The position numbers were made by a program, and so were the translations under genes. Shown here piece by piece: positions 58,601 to 64,000 of a stretch of DNA of 64,000 nucleotides. Source of the DNA: an uncultured delta proteobacterium (GTDB lineage Bacteria; Desulfobacterota; Binatia; Binatales; Binataceae); the NCBI GenBank assembly GCA_963833025.1, contig CAWHWI010000003.1, positions 281,010 to 345,009 of the forward strand. The letters are read 5' to 3'. Each line of letters opens with the position of its first letter. The stretch's first letter is position 1. The notes under the pieces are model-generated. The model saw only the letters and a program-made list of their open reading frames with translations, searched no databases and was not told the DNA's origin.

Positions 58601-59634
58601 TGGGACTCAGTGCGTTTTTCTGGCTTCCGGCATTGCTTGAACGCGACTTAGTAAAGACCGACCTTCTGCGCACCGGCTTCCTCAATTGGACCAACTACAT
58701 TATCTGGCCGTCACAGTTGTTTTGGTCGCCGTGGGGATTCGGCTACGCGTCACGCGGTCCGACCAACGGTATCTCGTACTCGCTCGGACTCGCTCACATA
58801 GCCTTGGCGGTCGCGGGACTCGTTATCGCGACACGCGCGGCGAATCGCACTCGCCGCCTTGACGCCATCGTCTTTGCCGGCGCAGCGACTGTAGCCGCAC
58901 TGCTAGCCACCGATTTGTCGTGGACGATTTGGGAGCACGTCGAAACGCTCCAGTACCTCGCTTATCCGTGGCGCACCTTATGCGTTCCGGCGCTGTTCAT
59001 GCCGCTGCTGGCTCTGTACGCGTTCGAACGACTAGGCCCCCGGCTGGCGTGCGCCGCGCTTGCAGTCGTTGTGCTGCTCAACGTCACGCACACCGCACCC
59101 AAAGGAATTCAGACTTATGATGAAGCCTACTACGCGGCAGACTCAATCGCTCACCTGGGTCTGAACACGTCGACTCGCGAAGAGTACGAGCCGCGAACCG
59201 TGCAATACCGTCCTTACTTCGACAGCGTCCTGCTCAAGGGCGTCCGCTCCGCGCCGGTCGTACATCAACTTGCCGTCAACTCGCATAATCAGTCGTTCAC
59301 GGTCGATGCAAGCGAACCCACGCTCATGCAGGATTCGATTTTCGACTATCCGGGATGGACGGTGCTGGTCGACGCTCGGGAAGTTGCGACTTCGCCTGCA
59401 TCAGTCAGCGGCGAGATAACCTTCACCGTTCCGGCCGGGACACACAATGTGTCAGTCGAATTGCGCCCTACTCCCATCCGTCGGTGGTCGCTCTATGCGT
59501 CCTTAGCTACCGTCGCTTTGATGACTGCGTTCCTGATGCTCTCGCTCTTCACGGCCTCAAGTCGCGCTGAGCCTGTCGAAGAGCCCACACCTAAAAGAGT
59601 TGCTAAGGCTCGCGTCAGGAAATCACGCGACTAA
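55663..59634 (+). CDS. very large (1323 aa) polytopic membrane protein with two tandem GT-C/YfhO-like modules
   Basis: Two homologous halves are present. Each has about 10 TMs followed by a soluble beta-rich domain. The true start may be an internal Met near 55780. Confidence 0.6.
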   Translation: MPAAAKARPRIEATIPAPRPVREWFGIPISPRLSAEVPGLMLLGLALIVNAILLWPEVRIERVPVNDLSFHIAASKRLADSLTTGDSFLDPWMSQWALGYPLWHFYQPLPHMVAGLWLSITSHFASAPASFAVLYYLLMVVLPASTYLGARLLGLEPLAAGFATILILGVSEVGDLSRYGLSYGAYVRRGSGLYTQLMSYNLLMPALGLANYSLNTGRRRILAAFLIAATALSHVVFGYALIVSIAVIALVGPRGDRSRRVVRAASILIPAVILLAWFVVPMLLASGEANRCRWDDVWKFDSWGARNIINTLFSGRFFDDGRLPVMTLSIAAASLLALYRWRRPMPRRLLVLTAVWLAIFFGRTTWGYFMLALGLPGTFHVSRFESVFELFAVLLTAWAFAQVVKVARRAGSAAKLATVIVLGAMAIVIFAERASYLRLNNLWGDESLAEIAREGPDLDASLADIRTIMRERPGRVWNGPTGMWARSFLIAASQPYSFLTLAGFDELSFLYHSLSWGADVTAELDEKDPYQAQLFAMRAVLAPVTHTAPPNWKRRAIHGQLAVYEASSEGYFGLVDIGARYDGSLSSVLNRDWGWMQNPGVRAGAVVALGGDLKGVPEWKMFQALPPPDPRFLTPRGEVVSESKQGETYSARLALLRPCYALLKITYFPGQEATVDGKPAPIYRVYPDFCAIPVGTGEHQIEVRYRPGPIKPILLIAGFILVGLIAQAMRRPSYAAMERRITARLAEIATPWDTPRTRTALALAVLILLFTHTLFGGKLIDGHDSLEYPPRLTEFAKILGDHQFPPVWAPDLGAGHGQPLFEFAPPLIYAIALPFFKVGFSLANSLQFGSAILFALGAIAIFLIGRELSFSRVASICAAGAWLFAPYQSLDMYVSARFAESSAIAVAPVALLGLIIALQRPTAISVLLGALAMAMLPLAHNAIALLMFPAFAAIVAVRSIVSEHRLKTAAAGAGVMVGGLGLSAFFWLPALLERDLVKTDLLRTGFLNWTNYIIWPSQLFWSPWGFGYASRGPTNGISYSLGLAHIALAVAGLVIATRAANRTRRLDAIVFAGAATVAALLATDLSWTIWEHVETLQYLAYPWRTLCVPALFMPLLALYAFERLGPRLACAALAVVVLLNVTHTAPKGIQTYDEAYYAADSIAHLGLNTSTREEYEPRTVQYRPYFDSVLLKGVRSAPVVHQLAVNSHNQSFTVDASEPTLMQDSIFDYPGWTVLVDAREVATSPASVSGEITFTVPAGTHNVSVELRPTPIRRWSLYASLATVALMTAFLMLSLFTASSRAEPVEEPTPKRVAKARVRKSRD

Positions 59635-60389
59635 CCTGCGAATATCTCCTCGAAGAAATCATCCATAGCCTTCCACGATCGCGCGTCCACGAGTTTGTTG
59701 TATCCGATGCCGGGCATCCCGAGGCTGTCCGAATTCGGGTTCGTGAAGCTGTGCTTGGCGCCTCCATAGGTGATCACCTGCCAGTCGGCGCCCGCTTTGA
59801 TCATCTCTGCCTCGAAGGCGTTCACCTGCTCGACCGGGATCAACGCGTCATCGGCGCCAGTGCAGACCAGGATTTTCGCTTTGACCTTTCCAGCCTCTGC
59901 CGGTCGCTGCGTCTGGAGGCCGCCGTGAAAGCTGACGATGCCCTTGAGTGGCGCGCCGTCGCGAGCGAGTTCCAGCGAGAACGTGCCGCCCATGCAAAAG
60001 CCGATCGCGGCGAGTCGGCTGGCGTCGGTCTGCGGTAATGACGCGAGATGATCGAGCGCGACTCGCCCGCGTTTGCGAAGTTTCGCCGGGTCCGCAAATA
60101 GCGGTCCAGCATGCTTCATCGCTTCCTGCAAATTTGCGAGTTCGATGCCGTTGCCGTACGGATCGCCGGCGAACGCGACGAATCCAAGCTCTGCAAGCCG
60201 CTCGGCGCGTTTCTTCGCGTGTTCGCCCAAGCCGAAAGCTTCCGGCATCACGAGAACGCCGGGGCGCTTGCCCGACTTCTTGTCGTCGAAAGCAAGATAG
60301 CCGCGCAGAGTAACGTCGCCGTCCTTGTATTCGATTGTCTCTGTCTTCATGCGAATCTCCGATGGTTGCGAATCAACGCAATCTTGCAC
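59631..60389 (-). CDS. dienelactone hydrolase family alpha/beta hydrolase
   Basis: Has the GFCMGG nucleophile elbow and D…H (AKHSF). The likely start is an internal MKTETIEY near 60350. Confidence 0.8.
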   Translation of the reverse strand: MQDCVDSQPSEIRMKTETIEYKDGDVTLRGYLAFDDKKSGKRPGVLVMPEAFGLGEHAKKRAERLAELGFVAFAGDPYGNGIELANLQEAMKHAGPLFADPAKLRKRGRVALDHLASLPQTDASRLAAIGFCMGGTFSLELARDGAPLKGIVSFHGGLQTQRPAEAGKVKAKILVCTGADDALIPVEQVNAFEAEMIKAGADWQVITYGGAKHSFTNPNSDSLGMPGIGYNKLVDARSWKAMDDFFEEIFAG

Positions 60390-60498
60390 GATTCGACCAT
60401 TTTCTGGAAGCCGCGAAATAGTTGTAAGTTATCGCAGATCCAGGATCGAGGAGACGAAAGATTCGCGCCATGCCGCGAGTTTTGCCAGGAGTTGGTCT

Positions 60499-60993
60499 AT
60501 GGCAGATCCCGATTTCAGTCAGTTCAAGCTCGTGCACAAAGGGCATTCGTTCGAAGAATTCTGCGAAGGCCAGGTCTTCGAGCATCATTGGGGCCGCACG
60601 ATTAACGCCGGCGACAATTCGCTATTCACCACGGCGACGCTCGCGCATTGCCCGCTCTACTTCAACGCCGAGTATGCGCGCGCGCACGGTCATCCCGACG
60701 TGGTGGTAAATCCGATGCTGGTCGCGTGCACGGTGGTCGGCCTTTCGGTCGAGGACTTGAGTGAAGCGGGCGGACCGTTCCTCGGCATCAACGGTTTGGA
60801 ATTTCATCGCCCGGTCTATCCCGGCGATACGTTGAGCGCGCGCAGCACCGTCGTCTCGACGCGCGAATCCGCCAGTCGCGGCAACTTCGGAATCGTCACG
60901 TGGCGCACCGAAGCCCGCAATCAACGCGACGAACTCGTCATCAGCTACGAGCGGACCAACCTGGTCGCCAAACGCAGAGGAGCGCCATTGTGA
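60499..60993 (+). CDS. MaoC-like (R)-specific enoyl-CoA hydratase (hotdog fold)
   Basis: Starts at ATG 60499 (MADPDFSQF…). Has the hotdog motif FHRPVYPGDTL. Confidence 0.75.
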   Translation: MADPDFSQFKLVHKGHSFEEFCEGQVFEHHWGRTINAGDNSLFTTATLAHCPLYFNAEYARAHGHPDVVVNPMLVACTVVGLSVEDLSEAGGPFLGINGLEFHRPVYPGDTLSARSTVVSTRESASRGNFGIVTWRTEARNQRDELVISYERTNLVAKRRGAPL

Positions 60994-60998
60994 GCTAT

Positions 60999-62165
60999 AT
61001 GACCGACGAGCGGCGGATGATTCAGAGTGCGGCGCGCGACTTCGCGATGAACGAAGTTCTGCCAATCGCGAACAAGCTCGACCCCGAGCAAGGCGACATC
61101 CCGATGTCGTTGCGGGACAAACTCGCCGAGATGGGCTACTTCGGCGTCGTCATCCCTGAGGAATACGGCGGCCTTGGCCTCGGTGCGTTCGAGTACGCGC
61201 TCATCACCGAGGAACTCGCGCGCGCCTGGATGAGCGTCGCGAGCATAATCGCGCGCGGCAACGGACTCGGCGGCGGATTCACAGCGGCGCAGCGGCGCGA
61301 ATATCTGCCGCGGATGGCGCGCGGCGAATTCCTCGGCGCGGCTGCCCTGTCGGAGCCGGACGCGGGCTCGGATCTCGCCAACGTCTCTTGCAAAGCGACG
61401 CGCGATGGAGACGGCTGGATGCTCAACGGCACCAAGACCTGGTGCACGTTCGCCGACGGCGCCGATTTCATCTCGGTGCTGGCGCGCACCAAGCAGCCGT
61501 CCGATCCCCGCCGCCGCCACGAGGGCATCAGCCAGTTCCTGGTGCTGAAGGAGCGCGGCAAGTTTCCGCCGGGGCTGACCGGCTCGCCGATTCGAAAAAT
61601 CGGCTACTTCGGCTGGAAGACGTGGGAGCTGCACTTCGACAACTTCAAGCTGCCGGCTGACGCGTTGCTTGGTCGCGAGCGCGAAGACCGCGGTGAAGGC
61701 AAGGGATTCTACGGCGCGGTCAGCGGGCTCGAGGTGGCGCGCGTGCATACCGCGGCACGAGCGATTGGGCTCGCGCGCGGCGGGCTCGAGGACTCGTTGG
61801 CATACGCGCAGAAGCGAATCGCGTTCGGGCAGCCGATCGGAGAATTCCAGGCGATTCGATTCAAGCTGGCCGAAATGGCGACCGAGATCGAAGCGGCGCG
61901 ACAGCTGATGTACTTCGTCGCTACAGAAGTCGACAGCAAGCGGCGATGCGACAAAGAAGCTTCGATGGCGAAGCTGTTCGCCTCCGAGATGGCCGAGCGC
62001 GTCACCAGCCAGGCGCTGCAAATTCACGGCGGCTATGGATACACCAAGGACTTTCCGCTCGAGCGCTACTGGCGCGACGCGCGACTGACGAAAATTTTCG
62101 AGGGTACTTCCGAAATCCAGTTGCGGATCATCTCCGATCGCCTGCTGCCGAGGGTAAGAAAGTGA
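60999..62165 (+). CDS. acyl-CoA dehydrogenase
   Basis: Starts at ATG 60999 (MTDERRMIQSAARDFA…). Has the C-terminal catalytic Glu region (YWRDARLTKIFEGTSEIQ). Confidence 0.85.
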   Translation: MTDERRMIQSAARDFAMNEVLPIANKLDPEQGDIPMSLRDKLAEMGYFGVVIPEEYGGLGLGAFEYALITEELARAWMSVASIIARGNGLGGGFTAAQRREYLPRMARGEFLGAAALSEPDAGSDLANVSCKATRDGDGWMLNGTKTWCTFADGADFISVLARTKQPSDPRRRHEGISQFLVLKERGKFPPGLTGSPIRKIGYFGWKTWELHFDNFKLPADALLGREREDRGEGKGFYGAVSGLEVARVHTAARAIGLARGGLEDSLAYAQKRIAFGQPIGEFQAIRFKLAEMATEIEAARQLMYFVATEVDSKRRCDKEASMAKLFASEMAERVTSQALQIHGGYGYTKDFPLERYWRDARLTKIFEGTSEIQLRIISDRLLPRVRK

Positions 62166-62647
62166 GCGCATCAATCTCGAAGCTGACCGGCACCGGCAAT
62201 TACTTCGAAGATTTCGAGGTTGGCGCGAAAATGCGTCACGCGCGCGGCACCACTATCGGCGAGATCGAAAATCAGATGCTCACGAAGCTGGTGCTGAACA
62301 CCGCCGACGGCCACTACAACGAGCATCGCATGCGCTCGACGCAATTCGGCCACCGGCTCGTCTTCGGGCTGGTGACCGGCTCGGTGTGCATCGGGCTGGC
62401 GACGCAGGATACCGGCGAAAATGCGCTCGCCGAACTCGGCTTGACGGGCATCAGGTTCACCTCGCCGGTTTTTCATGGCGATACGCTGTATGCCTACAGC
62501 GAAGTGCTCGAAAAGCGCGACGCCGATCGCGACGACGCCGGTATCGTGCGCTTCAAGCATTGGGGAACCAAGCATGACGGGACGATCGTCTTCGAAGGCG
62601 AGCGCACGGTGCTGATCAAGCGGCGCTCGCATTGGGGCAATCGATGA
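62162..62647 (+). CDS. MaoC-like dehydratase (hotdog fold)
   Basis: The GTG start overlaps the ACAD stop (GTGA). It has hotdog motifs (RFTSPVFHGDTLYAYSEV). Confidence 0.7.
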   Translation: MSASISKLTGTGNYFEDFEVGAKMRHARGTTIGEIENQMLTKLVLNTADGHYNEHRMRSTQFGHRLVFGLVTGSVCIGLATQDTGENALAELGLTGIRFTSPVFHGDTLYAYSEVLEKRDADRDDAGIVRFKHWGTKHDGTIVFEGERTVLIKRRSHWGNR

Positions 62648-63843
62648 TCGCGCGCACGGGACCGCTGTCGGATGTTCGCGTGCTCGATCTGACGCAGGCG
62701 CTGGCCGGTCCGTACTGCACGATGCTGCTGGCTGACCTCGGCGCCGACGTTATCAAGGTCGAGCCGCCCGCCGGCGACATGAGCAGAAGCCTCGGACCGC
62801 ATCCGGCGGATCGAAAAGGGTGCGACTACGGCGGATACTTCGCCAGCGTCAATCGCAACAAGCGCAGCATCGTGCTCGACATCAAGACCGACGCAGGCCG
62901 CGAGACGTTTTTCCAGCTTGTGAAGACGGCGGACGCGGTCGTCGAGAATGCGAAGACGGGCGTGATGGATCGCGCGGGAATCAGTTACGAGCGGCTGCGC
63001 GAATTAAATCCTGCGCTGGTCTATGCGGCGATTCGCGGCTTCGGCGATCCGCGCACAGGCCTCAGCCCGTATGCGGATTGGCCCGCGTTCGACATCGTCG
63101 CGCAGAGCATGGGCGGGTTGGTCGCGGTCACGGGACCGGAAAGCGGCGGTGGCTACAAAGCCGGCCCCGCGGTCGGCGACATTTATCCCGGCACGCTCGC
63201 CGCGCTGGGAGTTGTGTCGGCGATTCACGCGGCGCGTCGGACCGGGCAAGGACAATTCCTCGACGTGGCGATGTATGACGCGATTCTCGCGCTGTGCGAA
63301 ATGATCGTTTACGCCTATTCGAGCGCCGGCATCGTGCGGGAACCGGGCGGCAACGGGACGCCGGTGCTGTGCCCATTCGATATTTTTCCAACACGCGACG
63401 GAGCCGTCGCGATAGCAGCGCCCGGCGAGAATCATTGGAAGATTCTCTGCGATGCGATCGGACGGCCCGAGCTGGCGACGGACAATCGTACCCGCAACGT
63501 TAACCGGCGAGTTGCCAATGCCGATTTAGTCCGCGATCACATCGCGGACTGGACAAAAGCGCGCACTACCCGCGATGTCGTGAACGCGATTGGCGGCAAG
63601 GTGCCGGTTGGCCCGGTCAACACCGCCAAAGATATTTTCGAGGACCCGCATCCCAAAGCGCGCGGGATGCTGGTCGAGGTCGAGCAGCCCGGGGACAATC
63701 CGCCGATTGTGCTGGCGGGATGCCCGATCAAGCTGACGGGAACCCCGTCGGGGATTTACGCGCGCGCGCCGCGACTGGGCGAGCATACCAAGCAGGTGCT
63801 GGCTGACGCGGGCATATCAATCGCGCACAAGGAGCAATCATGA
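62632..63843 (+). CDS. CoA-transferase family III (CaiB/BaiF)
   Basis: SDVRVLDLTQALAGPYCTMLLADLGADVIKVEPP is the CaiB/BaiF N-terminus. The active-site Asp lies in the context GAIVAQSMGGL. Confidence 0.85.
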   Translation: MGQSMIARTGPLSDVRVLDLTQALAGPYCTMLLADLGADVIKVEPPAGDMSRSLGPHPADRKGCDYGGYFASVNRNKRSIVLDIKTDAGRETFFQLVKTADAVVENAKTGVMDRAGISYERLRELNPALVYAAIRGFGDPRTGLSPYADWPAFDIVAQSMGGLVAVTGPESGGGYKAGPAVGDIYPGTLAALGVVSAIHAARRTGQGQFLDVAMYDAILALCEMIVYAYSSAGIVREPGGNGTPVLCPFDIFPTRDGAVAIAAPGENHWKILCDAIGRPELATDNRTRNVNRRVANADLVRDHIADWTKARTTRDVVNAIGGKVPVGPVNTAKDIFEDPHPKARGMLVEVEQPGDNPPIVLAGCPIKLTGTPSGIYARAPRLGEHTKQVLADAGISIAHKEQS

Positions 63844-64000
63844 CGCTTCGACTACGACGTTCAGAGCTTTCGACCCCGGCTTCGAGTCCGAAAATGATCG
63901 AGAAGGCGATGGCGACCACGGCCGACATGGTCTTTCTCGATCTCGAGGATGCCGTCGCGCCGGCGCAGAAAGAATCGGCGCGCAAGAATGCCGTCGATGC
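63840..64000 (+). CDS. HpcH/HpaI aldolase / citrate-lyase beta (CitE-like) family protein, 5' part; 3' end outside the window
   Basis: MTLRLRRSELSTPASSPKMIEKAMATTADMVFLDLEDAV is the CitE-like N-terminus. It is translationally coupled to the CoA-transferase gene (ATGA). Confidence 0.6.
   Translation, partial: MTLRLRRSELSTPASSPKMIEKAMATTADMVFLDLEDAVAPAQKESARKNAVD

Overview
This is a high-GC (about 62-65%) bacterial chromosomal segment; I cannot assign a taxon from sequence alone. It consists of housekeeping genes and catabolic clusters, interrupted by small accessory insertions and several families of intergenic repeats.

Ordinary gene content, left to right:
- purM (5' partial), purN, a GT2 glycosyltransferase and grxC.
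- A TetR regulator with a HlyD/ABC/ABC-2 export operon.
- A GT39-like membrane glycosyltransferase.
- A PAS histidine kinase with two receiver proteins.
- A tRNA operon: Pro, Arg(TCT), His and Lys(CTT).
- Many catabolic enzymes: two P450s, CaiB/BaiF CoA-transferases, SDRs, an LLM oxidoreductase, PhyH, a Cys/Met PLP enzyme, an amidohydrolase and a desaturase.
- A terminal MaoC / ACAD / MaoC / CoA-transferase / CitE-like cluster resembling itaconate or citramalyl-CoA catabolism.

Accessory features that I rate most worth follow-up:
1. Two tRNA-anchored islets, each bounded by a direct repeat of the tRNA 3' end. One carries a TacA/TacT-like (DUF1778 + GNAT) toxin-antitoxin pair at tRNA-Arg. The other carries a DUF1254/DUF1214 gene at tRNA-Lys.
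2. A low-GC insertion holding an orphan 345-aa protein with a PD-(D/E)xK-like motif, convergent with a HicB-like antitoxin gene whose start position is ATA rather than ATG.
3. An AI-2E family transporter fused to a CarH-like B12-binding module (ExHxxG).
4. An ImmA/IrrE metalloprotease + XRE-HTH pair ahead of a tandem-GNAT protein and a beta-lactamase-family serine hydrolase.
5. A duplicated ~88-bp leader element that includes a conserved TTG start and leader codons, upstream of two neighbouring minus-strand genes.
6. A 245-bp MITE with 35-bp terminal inverted repeats, a solo copy of that TIR, and an inverted REP-like element, all bracketing a P450 gene.
7. Hairpin + (GGGTTA)n telomere-like tracts at two convergent gene junctions.
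8. Decayed genes: a type III glutamine synthetase (glnN) with three frameshifts and a frameshifted proteasome-type Ntn-hydrolase.

No CRISPR array or rRNA was seen.
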